A stretch of 56,397 nucleotides of DNA, counting the filler, from Basidiobolus meristosporus CBS 931.73 (taxonomy: Eukaryota > Fungi > Basidiobolomycota), in the NCBI GenBank assembly GCA_002104905.1. It is 3 parts of 3 records of this genome, joined end to end, with 100 filler letters (N's around TTAATTAATTAA, not from the genome) between each part and the next. Parts side by side here need not be neighbours in the genome. Positions count along the whole stretch, not along the records: positions 20,517 to 39,164 come from MCFE01001052.1; 2 more parts are not named here. One strand, 5' to 3'. The position numbers and the translations under genes were made by a program. Below are positions 20,517-33,561 of this stretch, piece after piece. Position 1 is the stretch's first letter. Every line of letters starts with the position of its first letter. Below the pieces are notes generated by a model. The model was not told the origin of the DNA and ran no database searches. It worked only from the letters and a program-made list of their open reading frames with translations.

Positions 20517-23500
20517 AGATCATCCACATATAGAGCTAATAGAACTGGATTTGCTCCATCTGGCTTATAGTATATACTATAGTCAGCATTACTTCTTTTG
20601 AAACTCAAAGATTCCAAATAAGAATCTAACTTGCAATTTGAGGCTCTTGGTGATTGTTTGAGACCATATAGTGCCTTTTTAAGCTTACAGACCAAATGGG
20701 GGCTATCTTGGTCAACAAACCTATCAGGATGGTCCATATACATGTCCTCATCAAGTTCTCCATTCAAAAATGCAGTTTTTACCTCCATCTGATGAATAAA
20801 AAACTTATATTTGGCTGCAATAGCCAAGATTAATCTGATGGAATTAAACTTGGCTACCGGTGCAAAGGTCTCAGTATAGTCAAGTCCTTTTGCTTGAGAG
20901 TATCCTTTGGCTACAAGTCTTGCTTTGTATCCTTCAGCTGTACCATATGCCTTGTATTTTGTCTTGAAGACCCATCTGTATACAATTGATTTTTGGTTGA
21001 TTGGTAATTAGAATAAGTCCCAAGTTTGATTTTCAATCAGGGCCTGATATTCCACAGTCATTGCAGATCTCCAAAACTTTGTCTGAGGGCTATTTAGGGC
21101 CTCTTTTACAGTCTGGGGTTCATCAATATGGACTGAATAGGCATAGGCTAAGTTTGTACCCTCATTGATATAATAATTTGGGCTATTTCTTGTCCAATTT
21201 GATCTCCAGGCATTTGATACTGGAATGATCACTTCTGGGATATTCCTGGGCACTGATTCTGGCTGACCCACAGTTGTAGAGTCCTCTGGAGTGAAAAAAT
21301 TTTCATTGTTTTGCTCTGATTCAATCCTGACAATTGGTGGACTTGAGATCAAATTTTTGTCATCATCTGATGTAATTTTTTACGAAAATATTGAACTTTG
21401 ATCAAACAACACATCCCTGGACTTGATCAGCTTCTTTGCTTTGGTATTGTAGAGTCTGTATGCCTTACTCTCATTGCAGTAGCCCAAAAATATGCATTTT
21501 ACACTTTGTGGCTCAAATTTTGACTGATTTCCGGCCAGTTTTTTAGCATATGCTGTACACCCAAATATTCTTAGATGTTCTGCACTTGGTCTGTATCCAT
21601 ACCATGCTTAAAATGGAGTAGAATCACAAAGTGTTCTGTTATAACTCCTATTTTTAAGATATACAGCAGTGGCAACTGATTCCGCCCAATAATCATAGGA
21701 TAATTTTTGATCATGGATCATAGATCTTGCCATATCAATTATTGATCTGTTAGCTTGTTCTGCTACTCCATTTTGCTGTGGGGAGTATGGTACAGTAGTC
21801 TCTTGCTTTATCCCATGAATTTTGCAGAAGTGGATGAAGAGTTTTGAGGTATATTCTCCACCATTGTCAGAGCGTATTTTCTTGATTTTTTCACCAGTTT
21901 CTCTCTCCACCATGGCTTTAAACTCCCTGAGCTTAGACAGAGCTTCTTCCTTTTTCTCCATGAAGTAGACCCATGTGTATCTTGTATAATCATCAATAAA
22001 AGTGATTAAATACTTCATCCCACCTAAGGATAAATTTTGCATTGGTTCACACAGATCTGAGTGAATTAGATCTAATTTTTTCTTAGTTTTGATTAACCCA
22101 GAGCTCTTAAACGGTTGTTTGGCTTGTTTCCCATATATGCAGGCTTCACAGTGCTCCAAATTAGCTGGGGGATCAATTTGCACTCCAGAAATTAGCTGAT
22201 CTTTGATCATTTTACGCAAATAATCAAAATTGATGTGTCCAAATCTCCTGTGCCAAAGCATTGGAGTTTCTTCATTTAAGTTACTTATATTGGCCTCCAA
22301 ATATGATGGAATGTAGGTCAACTTGTATAGATTCTGATCTCTGATGCCCAAAGCAATATGGGCACCATTTTGATCAGTGATCCTGCATCAGAATTGTCAA
22401 AACTGAAACTAAGTCCTTCTGCTGTGGCGTTGCTTACAGAGAGTAGATTCTTGGCTATTTCTGGTACATAGAGTACTTCTTTAAAGGTCAGTGTATGGCT
22501 TCCTTCACTGCTTCTAAGGTTTACTTGGATAGTTCCTTGTCCCACTGCATCAAGTGTTCTATTGTCACCCATGAAAACCTTCTTAATTGGAATCTCTTGA
22601 TATTGGGTAAAAAGTTCTTTTTGGTGTGTAAAGTGTTGAGAAGCTCCAGAGTCAATATACCACGTCTGAGAATCCTTGTTTGTGGTCATATTTAGTGCAG
22701 ATATGAATAGTCTATCTTCAGTTGTTGCAGCATATCCATATTCAGGCTTCTTTTGCTGATAATCTCTCTTTTTGAAACAATGGTCTGATGTGTGTCCTTT
22801 CCTTTTGCAGTAGTTGCAAAATAGGTTGTTGTTGCCTTTGTAGGGTACTGGGTACATCCTTTGTTGGCTATCATTGCTTATTAAAGCATTTTCTTCTCAC
22901 TTCTTATTGGTGCTTGATTTTCTTAATTCTTCATCCAGGAGCCTTCCATATACGTAATTTAAGGTCAAATCTTCAGTTCTGGACTCTTTGGCTGATACAA
23001 GGCCCTGAAACCTGTCTGTCAGGCTATTCAGGGTGGTAACTATCACATCCTCATCAGTAGCTGGTACGCCCACCAATTCCATCTCATCTACCAGCAGGGT
23101 AATTCTTTTAATTAGATTTTTCATTTCTTCTCCTGGCAGCATCTTTGTAGTAAAGAATTTTTGTCTCAGATACATTTTCTTGGCAGCTGAGCATGACTGG
23201 TAGGTGTCTTCTAATGCTTTCCAGGCATTCTTTGCTGTTTTTGCTTGTGAGCATTGAATTAGCAATTTGTCCTTGACATTAATGCAAATGCAGTCAAAGG
23301 CACTTTGTTCTTTCCTCTGGTACTCTAGGGCTTCCTGTCCCATGTTTTTAGGAGGGCATTCTTCTCCCATGACAATATCCCAGAAGCCTCTTTCTTGTAG
23401 CAGCATCTTCATCCTCACCTTCCACACTTGGTAGTTAGAGCCATCCAACTTTTCAGCAGAGGGAAAAATTACAGTAATAGCAGTAGTAGACATTGCAGAG

Positions 23501-23873
23501 AGTGACAGCTTGGGGCTCATAACCTATTGCAAGAGTCTTGGAGATATTGGAAGTGATTGGGAGGACAAGTAGATTATGTGGTTTTCACTTAATGATTTAT
23601 TGAATGTAAAAGTAGTATTTATACTTTTACCTGGTCTTGGCATTACAAACATGTAGAATAGGTTAAGGAAGGTCCCAAGAACATGTGTGCAAAGCTTGGG
23701 GCTGTTTGGACAACTTTGAGAATTTTCATGTTCTGGGTACCTGGTATTTTGGTGAAAATATTCTAAGTAAATCCCGTCAAGGAATTTGGTCAGTATTCTC
23801 TAGGATTTGAAGGTAATGATCTAAGTGACTAAGTTAGGTAAATATTTAGGTGGAATTACAAATTTTTACAACA
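20517..23873 (-). mobile_element. Copia family 1 copy C, degraded; 3' part lost in the gap
   Basis: 5' LTR 23525-23873 (349 bp), PBS 23513-23524, then gag-PR-IN-RT fragments with stops and frameshifts (ORFs 22897-23520, 22318-22857, 21608-22351, 21008-21352, 20465-20827). Confidence 0.93.
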
Positions 23874-24289
23874 CAAACGGACGTGTCCGGCCCATACTAT
23901 GCAAATTGTGCGCAAAATTGTTCTCATGCGGCTTCTTTGTCAAATCCCCTCACTCTCAGCTCATGCTTGATTTCAATACTTGTCTTGTTATATATCTTCT
24001 TACATACATTGGCTGGCATCTTGATGTAGAACTCATGCCACAGCTTTCTACTCAAATTCTTCCATCTTTGTCAACTCTCTGAGGTATCTAGTTCTGCTAG
24101 ATTAATCAGTAGTGCCCAAATATCTGTATGATGGCTCATCATAGACACTTGGGCCATACTAAAGTCATTTGTCAAGAACTCAAACGGATCCAACATCAAC
24201 TTTTCCGGTCCAGACCATGCTTGTGAGCTGGGGGATGGGTTTTGTCTGGGTTATACCAAAGATGAGTTGAAGCTTGGTATGGCAACCAT
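23874..24289 (-). pseudogene. 5' half of a Myb/SANT-like ORF, probably the second gene of a PIF/Harbinger element
   Basis: Manual translation gives ...IWALLINLAELDTSES*QRWKNLSRKLWHEFYIKMPANVCKKIYNKTSIEIKHELR...YGPDTS, with W..Ls..L...C.K.Y trihelix/Myb-like spacing. Stops are one substitution from CGA, CAG or CAA. It is divergent from the DDE transposase at 24649. Confidence 0.5.
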
Positions 24290-24648
24290 AGTAACAGATT
24301 TGGATACTTATACAGCAGTATATTGGCATCAACCTGGTCTTATATGAAATATATATGAAAACTAATGTGATTGTTGAATTTTCCATATATTATGCATGAT
24401 GCATCTTGGATTGCGTTGACACAGATCAGATCACATCAATTGCAGATTTCCTATCTGATTATAGACCTATGATTAAAGCATCAATAAAAGTACTGAGGCA
24501 TTGTTTGAGGATGATTTTTGCGACATAATGATGGGATACATGGCAATCAATGGATATTTAACCATAATGTATTAAAAATCAGTTAAATAACACAGATTGT
24601 GCCAAATCAATTCAAACCACCTCCATACAATCATCCACCAGTTTTAAT

Positions 24649-25532
24649 ATGACTAACTCATCTGAATGGTCTTTTCTCATCAATCCCATCACTACCACTG
24701 GATTTCCTTTTGACACACTAGAGGAGATCTATTCCAAGTACTGTGGGCCATCAACCCCAATCTACTCAAGGAGATCCCTTGTTAAGCATCTGTGCTATTA
24801 CAAGAACTATTGCCCTACAAGATTTCATCCCACCATCCATGGCTATAAAAGTCCTAGAAGCTTTCATTCCCAGCTGACAGCAATGGAGAACCACCTTGCA
24901 GAGGGTATGAATGACTTAGAGCAAGCTTGGAATACTAGGTTCAGAAGCTCCAATAGACTTCCATATCCCAGAGTGTTCAGCAACAGTTCCATATCAGGAG
25001 TATTTTGGATACCTTCCCTGTGAGGATTAACAGACCTTCTAGAGGGCAGAGGCACTTTTATTCTGGAAAGTACAAGGCATATTGTGTGAAGTTTCAAGCA
25101 CTGTCTGACATTGAGGGTAACATCATTTGGTTTAGTGGGCCATTTGCTGGAAGTAGGCCTGACAAAGCACTCTGGGTAGAGAATCATCCATAATTTAGTA
25201 GAGGGGAGAAATGTATGGCAGACTTAGCCTATGTAGGAGAGGATTGTCACAGATTAGGATGTATTACAGCTTATAGGAAGCCAAGGAATGGTGTGCTTAG
25301 CAGGAAGCAGAAGCTCTACAATGAGATATTTAATCATTTCAGAGTGAGGGTAGAGCACACATTTGGATATCTGAAGAGATTCAGCATATTGGCAGGTAAA
25401 TACAGAGGAAAGTCATATATAGGAGAAAACAGCAGAATAGGTAAAATAGTTAAGATACTTATTAATGCACAGTATCTTCATACAAGAAGACATCCACTGA
25501 GAGAAATGTGTCTGGAGCATTATGAAAAGTAA
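24649..25532 (+). pseudogene. PIF/Harbinger/IS5-type (DDE_Tnp_4) transposase with one frameshift and one stop
   Basis: LDTFPVRINRP...FYSGKYK...KFQ...GSRPD; MADLAYVG; YRKP...YN...RVRVEHTFGYLKRFSIL...YR matches the DDE_Tnp_4 pattern. Frame break near 24985, TAA at 25191-25193. Confidence 0.8.
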
Positions 25533-25734
25533 ATAAAGCAAGGAAAGCACTATTCTGAGCAACATAAGTAAGATTAAGTAAAATTACCAGTAACTGTATC
25601 ATACCACTGGCATCATGGTAGAAATTATAGTACCAGATAGTGCTGTAGAGTGCCAAATCAATCTGGCACCATAAACAGGCTGGCACTATGTGGCAATATC
25701 CAACGGAACAAGTCTAATGCACACACTTAAAGTT

Positions 25735-26215
25735 CTGGTCATATAGATGATGAGTTATGAGTCTTCTTCAGGTTCATTGTTGACATTTGTATATTCAAGG
25801 TCTTCAGTATGGCTGAAAGCTCTTGTTGGCTGGTTCCTGTTTCATCTCCAAGGGGACTACTTTGAGATATGCCCTTGCTGATGGAAATGTTCACAAAATT
25901 CTTTCTTCTTGGATTTGTCTGAGGTGGGACTCTTTTATATAGTTTATATTTTTATTGGCACTGATAATGACTATCTTCTTTCACAGTTATCATGGCCTCT
26001 GTGATTAATCATTCTAGGCTTTCCAGCTCTACATATAGCTGAGTCATAGTCCAGATCATAGTGATTCAACTCAGTTGCATCATCTTCTCCCAGTTTTCTT
26101 CTCTCAGGGATTACTGCTGAAGCTATTGGTAGTTGTTCACTTTGTACACCAAAATTATATCTTTGTTGACTTGTAGTGTGGCTACTTGTGTTTTTGTAGT
26201 CAGCTTTTTGCACAC
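25735..26215 (-). mobile_element. Degraded gag fragment of the Gypsy family found at 33562
   Basis: LDYDSAICRAGKPRMINHRGHDNCERR aligns with IDYDSAMFGVGKPTVTNQKGYNCYERR (34432-34779). Nucleotide similarity continues to the GAAGAAGACTCA..AACTCA segment. Confidence 0.7.
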
Positions 26216-26280
26216 AAGTGGCAAGTGCAGTGCATTAGCTTGACTATGCTGATTGCATTGTATTGAAACAGGGAGTTTGC

Positions 26281-26870
26281 TGTATTATATTGGACTATTT
26301 AATAACATTCAGCAGCTTAAAATTTACTTAATAATTCTAGACTAGTCTTGGTCACTGTAGGACTAACCTACAGCCCTACCTTTGCCAGTTTCATCACATC
26401 TGTGATCCTATGATCATTCCCCTATAGTGACAATCAAACTAACACTTTTTACCAAACAGTATTTACTAACCCTGAAACTGTTACAGAATGCTCCTGAATT
26501 TTACAAAACCCTCTTTACTTAGCGTTAGAGTTGTAGTACTTCTACAAAGGTATAAATACTCAGCCACTTTATGAATAAACAACAGCTCAACTATTGCCAT
26601 TATTTCATGATAGTTCCTTATTTCCAAATCACCTCTTAAATTGCAATAGATTACTGCTCAAAGGAGCTTGCAAAATACTGCTCATCTACTGGTATACTTC
26701 AATAGACCATTGTTTCACATATTTACAGCAAAATGTAGTAGCAGAACATGTAAGCAGAGCTATAGTAGAGATGAGACAATCCATGCCATATGATAAGGGA
26801 ATGGACTACAAGTTCTGTGCTGAATCTATTGCTACTGCAGTATATATCAAGCAGAGATACCTAACAATAC
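26281..26870 (+). mobile_element. Copia family 2 degenerate LTR (26281-26648) followed by an integrase fragment
   Basis: The LTR aligns with 54419-54787. Downstream LQQNVVAEHVSRAIVEM...AESIATAVYIK is the PQQNGVAER region. Confidence 0.7.
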
Positions 26871-26892
26871 CACTACCTGACTCAGTCAGTTT

Positions 26893-27104
26893 ATACTTAT
26901 TAATGCTTAGTATATTCATACAAGTCAACATCCACTGAGAGAAATGTGTCTGGAGCATTATGAAGAATAAATAAAGCAAGAAAAGCATTATTCTGAGCAA
27001 CATAAGTATGATTGAGTAAGATTACTGGTAACTTTACCCTACCACTGGCATTATGGTAGAAATTGTAGTGCAGATTGATCTGGTACTATAAACAGGCCGG
27101 CACT
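26893..27104 (+). repeat. Duplicate of the 3' end and downstream region of the DDE_Tnp_4 gene
   Basis: ATACTTATTAATGC...CATCCACTGAGAGAAATGTGTCTGGAGCATTATGAA...AAACAGGC.GGCACT repeats ~25456-25687 and is cut by the LTR at 27105. Confidence 0.8.
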
Positions 27105-28288
27105 TGTTGCAATTTAAGAAGTGATTTGGATATAAGAAACCTATCAAGCAATAGTGATAATAGTTGAACTGTTGTTTATTATTAAAGAAGCTCAGTATTT
27201 ATACCTTTGTAGAAGCAATACAGCTGTAACACTAAGTAAGGAGGGTTTCTCAATATTTTGGAGCATTCTGTAACAGTTTCAGGGTTAGTACACAATGTTT
27301 AGTGATATTGCTAATTTGGACCTGACTTCAAAGGAAAAATCATAAGATTGAAGATCTGAAGAAAGCGCAAAGCTAGAGCTGTAAATTAGACCCACAGTGA
27401 CCAAGACTAGTCCAGAATTGTCAAGTAAATTCTTTGCTGCTGAATGATAGCAGATAGTCCAATATTTCAATGCTCCCCCTTAATTCAATAATATCTTAAT
27501 CCTAATTCCTCCTTGAGATTCTTAAATTGTGTCCTAGGTAGTGGTTTTGTCAATATATCTGCCACCATTTTGTTATTTGGGCAGTACACTAACTCTACTA
27601 AGTTATTTTCTACAGCCTCCCTCACAAAGAGAAGCTGAATATCAATGTGCTTAGTTCTGGCATGATTAGTGGGATTTCTAGCTAATGAAATACATCATTC
27701 ATCATCCTTGTAGATACATGTTGTTTCATCTGAGTAAAAGCCTAAGTCTTTGAATAATTTTTGTAGCCATATAGCCTCCTTAGTTGCTTGACATGCAGCT
27801 ATATATTCAGCTTCAGTCGTAGATAGGGCCACGCTGGTTGTTTCTTGCAATTCCAAGTAATAGCTGCACCAGCATAAAAAAATGCATATCCTGTGGCTGA
27901 GCATCTTTCAATCAGATCCCTACCCCAATCTGAATCACCATAACCATCATAATTTTGCCTATTAGCTGCTCCAGAGTATTCTAGTACCACACTTATGGTA
28001 CCTTGTAGATATCTGAAAATCTGCTTAACTGCTGAGATTTGATCTGATCCATAATTCTGCATGAGTTGACTGAATCTTCCAACTGCCACTGCAATATCTG
28101 GATGTATAGACACCATCAAGTACATTAGGCTACCAACCATTGATTGATAGGGAAAGTTTGGTCCATATTTGAGCTGTTTTCATCTATGAATGGCTGAGAT
28201 TTGCTTAATTTCAGGTTATTCTCCATAGGGGTAGCTGAAGGTTTGTAGTTTTTCAAAATTCTCAAATTGTGGTTTAGCTTGTGGTTTT
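27105..28288 (-). mobile_element. Copia family 2 3' end: LTR 27105-27472, PPT, RNase H and end of RT; interrupted by copy D
   Basis: Reverse complement of the 54419-54787 LTR; PPT AGGGGGAG at 27473-27480; VALSTTEAEYIAA, GYGDSDWG and MVGSLMYL motifs. Confidence 0.85.
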
Positions 28289-31200
28289 TGTTGTAAAAAT
28301 TTGGAATTCCACCTAAATACTCACCTAGCTTAGTCACTTAGATCATTACCTTCAAATCCTAGAGAATACTGACCAATTTCCTTGTTGGGATTTACTTAGA
28401 ATATTTTCACCAAAACACCAGGTACCCAGAACATGAAAATTCTCAAAGTTGTCCAAACAGCCCCAAACTTTGCACACATGTTCTTGGGACCTTCCTTAAC
28501 CTATTCTACATGTTTGTAATGCCAAGACCAGGTAAAAGTATAAATACTACTTTTACATTCAATAAATCATTAAGTGAAAAACCACATAATCTACTTGTTC
28601 TCCCAATCACTTCCAATATCTCCAAGACACTTACAACAGGTTATGAGCCCCAAGCTGTCACTCTCTGCAATGTCTACTACTGCTATTACTGTAATTTTTC
28701 CCTCTGCTGAAAAGTTGGATGGCTCTAACTACCAAGTGTGGAAGGTGAAGATGAAGATGCTGCTACAAGAAAGAGGCCTTTGGGATATTGTCATGGGAGA
28801 AGAATGCCCTCCTAAAAACGTGGTAGAGGAAGCCTTAAAGTACCAGAAGAAAGAACAAAGTGCCTTTGACTGCATTTGCCTTAACGTCAAGGACAAATTG
28901 CTAATTCAATGCTCAAGAGCAAAAACGGCAAAGAATGCCTGGAAAGCATTAGAGGACACCTACCAGTCATGTTCAGCTGCCAAGAAAATGTATCTGAGAC
29001 AAAAATTCTTTACTACAAAGATGCTGCCAGGAGAAGAAATGAAAAATGTAATTAACAGAATTACCCTGCTGGTAGATGAGATGGAATCTGTGGGCGTACC
29101 AACTACTAATGAGGATGTGATAGTTACCATCCTGAATAGCCTGACAGACAAGTTTCAGGGCCTTGTATCAGCCCTAGAGTCCAGAACTGAAGATTTGACC
29201 TTAAACTACATATATGGAAGGCTCCTATATGAAGAATTAAGAAAATCAAGCGCCAATGAGAAGGAAGAAGAAAATGCTTTAATAAGCAATGATAACCAAC
29301 AAAAGAGGTACCCAAGACCCTACAAAGGCAACAACAACCTATTTTGCAACTACTGCAAAAGGAAAGGACACACATCAGACCGGTGTTTCAAAAAGAGAGA
29401 TTATCAGCAAAAGAAGCCTGAATATGGAAATGCTGCAACAACTGAAGATAGACTATTCATATCTGCACTAAATATGACCACAAACAAGGATTCTCAGATG
29501 TGGTATATTGACTCTGGAGCTTCTCAACACTTTACACACCAAAAAGAACTTTTTACCCAATATCAAGAAATTCCAATTAAGAAGGTTTTCATGGGTGACA
29601 ATAGAACACTTGATGCAGTGGGACAAGGAACTATCCAAGTAAACCTTAAAAGCAGTAAAGGAAGCCATACACTGACCTTGAATGAAGTACTCTAAGTACC
29701 AGAAATAGCCAAGAACCTGCTCTCTGTAAGCAAGGCCACAGCAGAAGGACTTAGTTTCAGTTTTGACAATTCTGGATGCAGGATCACTGATCAAAATGGT
29801 GCCCATATTGCATTGGGCATCAGAGATCAGAATCTATACAAGTTGACTTATATTCCATCATATTTGGAAGCCAATATAAGTAACTTAAATAAAGAAACAC
29901 CAATGCTTTGGCACAGGAGATTTGGACACATCAATTTTGATAATTTGCGTAAAATGATCAAAGATCAGCTAATTTCTAGAGTGAAAATTGATCCCCCAGC
30001 TAATTTGGAGCACTGTGAAGCCTGCATATATGGGAAACAAGCCAGACAACTGTTCAAGAGCTCTGGGTTAATCAAAACTAAGAAAAAATTAGATCTAATT
30101 CACTCAGATCTGTGTGAACCAATGCAAAATTTATCCTTAGGCAGTATGAAGTATTTAATCACTTTTATTGATGATTATACAAGATACACATGGGTCTACT
30201 TCATGGAGAAAAAGGAAGAAGCTCTGTCTAAGCTCAGGGAGCTTAAAGCCATGGTGGAGAGAGAAACTGGTGAAGAAATCAAGAAAATACGCTCTGACAA
30301 TGGTGGAGAATATACCTCAAAACTCTTCATTCACTTCTGCAAAATTCATGGGATAAAGCAAGAGACTACTGTACCATACCCCCCACAGCAAAATGGAGTA
30401 GCAGAACAAGCTAACATATCAATAATTGATATGGCAAGATCTATGATCCATGATCAAAAATTATCCTATGATTATTGGGCGGAATCAGTTGCCACTGCTG
30501 TATATCTTAAAAATAGGAGTTATAACAGAACACTTTGTGATTCTACTCCATTTGAAGCATGGTATGGATACAGACCAAGTGCAGAACATCTAAGAATATT
30601 TGGGTGTACAGCATATGCTAAAAAACTGGCTGGAAATCAGTCAAAATTTTAGCCAAAAAGTGTAAAATGCATATTTTTGGGCTACTGCAATGAGAGTAAG
30701 GCATACAGACTCTACAATACCAAAGCAAAGAAGCTGATCAAGTCCAGGGATGTGTTGTTTGATGAAAATTCAAAATTTTCACAAAAAATGACATCAGATG
30801 ATGATGAATGTTTGATCTCAAGTCCACCAATTGTCAGAATTGAATCAGAGCAAAACAGTGAAAATTTTTTCACTCCAGAGGACTCTACAACCGTGGTTCA
30901 GCCAGAATCAGTGCCCAGGAATATCCCAGAAGTGATCATTCCAGTATCAAATGCCCGGAGATCCAATCGGACAAGAAATAGCCCAAATTACTATATCAAT
31001 GAGGGTACAAACTTAGCCTATGCCTATTCAGTCCATATTGATGAACCCCAGACTGTAAAAGAGGCCCTAAATAGACCTCAGACAAAGTTTTGGAGATCTG
31101 CAATGACTGAGGAATATCAGGCCCTGATTGAAAATCAAACTTGGGACTTAGTCAAATTACCAATCAACCAAAAATCAATTGGATGCATATAGGTCTTCAA

Positions 31201-32974
31201 GACAAAATACAAGGCTGATGGTACAATTGAAAGACACAAAGCAAGACTTGTAGCTAAAGGATACTCTCAAACAAAAGGACTTGACTATACTGAGACCTTT
31301 GCACCGGTAGCCAAGTTTAATTCCATCAGATTAATATTGGCTATTGCAGCCAAATATAAGTTTTTTATTCATCAAATGGATGTAAAAACTGCATTTTTGA
31401 ATGGAGAACTTGATGAGGACGTGTATATGGACCAGCCTGTTGGGTTTGCTGACCAAAATAACCCCCATTTGGTCTGCAAGCTTAAAAAGTCACTATATGG
31501 TCTCAAACAATCACCAAGAGCCTGGAATTGCAAGATAGATTCTTATTTGGAATCTTTGAGTTTCAAAAGGAGTAATGCTGACTATAGTATATAATATAAG
31601 CCAGATAGAGCAAATCCAGTTCTGTTAGCTCTATATGTGGATGATCTTATTATAGCTGCCAATAACCTAGAAACATTGGAAGAGACTAAATCCAGCCTAT
31701 CTAAGGAGTTCAAGATGTCCAACCTAGGAGAACTTAGTTACTACTTAGGGATTAAGTTCTCCATAGACAGAAGTACCCAGACTATCACCCTAAGTCAATC
31801 CAAGTATATTCAAGATATACTAAAGAAGTACAAAATGGAAGACTGTAAACCGGCAGCTACCCCAATGGAGACAAACCTTAACTTGGTCAAAACGTAACCA
31901 AATCAAGAGAGCTTGGTGCCATCTGAAAGCCCTGACTTTCCTTATCAATCTATGGTCGGCAGTCTGATGTATATCATGCTTGGAACACGTCCAGATATCT
32001 CATATTCAGTGGGAGTTGTCAGCCAACATAATCAGAACTATGGATCTGATCATATTGCAGCAGTTAAGCGGATTTTTAGATACCTAAAAGGAACTGCTGA
32101 TATCTGCTTAAGATATACTTATAAGGATTCAGAACAGGATCTTGTGGGATACTCTGATGCTGATTGGGGACAAAATATAGTAGACAGAAGATCCATCACA
32201 GGATACACCTTTCTTTACTGTAAAGGAGCAATATCATGGTATTCAAGAAAGCAACCAACCATAGCACTTTCCACCACAGAGGCAGAGTATATGGCAACCT
32301 GTGAAGCTACAAAAGCAGCAATGTGGTTAAGAAAGCTGTTCACAGATTTAGGCCTATATCAAAAAATGCCTATTACTTTATTTCAAGATAATCAAGGATG
32401 TATACAATTAGGTAGAAATCCAGCTTTTCATGCTAGAACTAAGCACACAAATATTAGACATCATTTCATACGTGAAGCTATAGAGAATAACCTAGTTAGC
32501 TCAGTTTACTGTCCTACAGATGAAATGATAGCAGAAGTATTTACCAAACCATTAGCTAGAGACAAGCTTGAATATCTTAGGTCAAAATTAGGACTAGTCA
32601 GTATGAGCATTTAGCTGAGTGGGAGTGTTGTAAAAATTTGGAATTCCACCTAAATATTCACCTAACTTAGTCACTTAGATCATTACCTTCAAATCCTAGA
32701 GAATACTGACCAAATTCCTTGACAGGATTTACTTAGAATATTTTCACCAAAACACCAGGTACCCAGAACATGAAAATTCTCAAAGTTGTCCAAACAGCCC
32801 CAAGCTTTGCACACATGTTCTTGGGACCTTCCTGAGCCTATTCTACGTGTTTGTAATGCCAAGACTGGGTAAAAGTATAAATACTACTTTTACATTCAAT
32901 AAATCATTAAGTGAAAACCACATAATCTACTTGTTCTCCCAGTCACTTCCAATATCTCCAAGACTCTTACAACA
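28289..32974 (+). mobile_element. Copia family 1 copy D: full-length but inactivated, with non-matching flanks
   Basis: LTRs 28289-28638 (350 bp) and 32626-32974 (349 bp) differ by about 14 substitutions plus 1 indel by eye. PBS 28639-28650. Pol has several stops (e.g. 29693, 30650, 31190, 31895). Flanks are GTTTT and GTTTG. Confidence 0.95.
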
Positions 32975-33358
32975 GTTTGTGCCTCAACTTTGGGAGCCAA
33001 AGAGATTTTGAATGAGTTTTTGCCTCAAATGACTAATGTACTACGTGATATATTAGTAGAGCTAAGTGGCTTCCAAGAGCAATATACACAGGACTCATCC
33101 AGGCAACAGCTCCAAAGTATCAGACAAAGGGTAAGTGAATACCTTGAGGAATCAGATGGTGAGCTTCAGGAGGAAGAATACAGACCGCAAGCAACATTGT
33201 CCAGATTGCGCCAGCACTCCTTGCTGGATTCCTTACCATCTCTTGCAACCACCACATGCCGGTGCACGTCAGTCCAGACCACACCAACTCCCTTTACCAG
33301 AACAGCCTGCATCAAGTCAATGCACACGCTTCAGAGCAAAACTACAAGAACTTGCTAG
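32975..33358 (+). pseudogene. 3' half of the Myb/SANT-like ORF
   Basis: VCASTLGAKEILNEFLPQMTNVLRDIL... is open from the first base after the D 3' LTR and continues the frame ending at 23874 on the minus strand. Confidence 0.5.
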
Positions 33359-33561
33359 ACTGCTCATTTAGACACAAGTCCATTAGAGCAGACTGAGTTG
33401 CGTCAACATGCAGCATCACATTGAACTCAGCCAAGGGCCATCTCAACGTGTCAAGGCATGCCTGCATGTGCCGTTTTGCCTGACCATCAGCAATTTACTT
33501 CTGGTGAACTGACTGATGATGACCAACATGAAGTGCCTCAACCACTGGAGGCCTTGGCAAG

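Noticed and set aside
28284-32979. GTTTT/GTTTG as a mutated TSD of copy D
   Set aside because: The flanks are unrelated sequences, and GTTTG pairs exactly with the flank of copy C instead.
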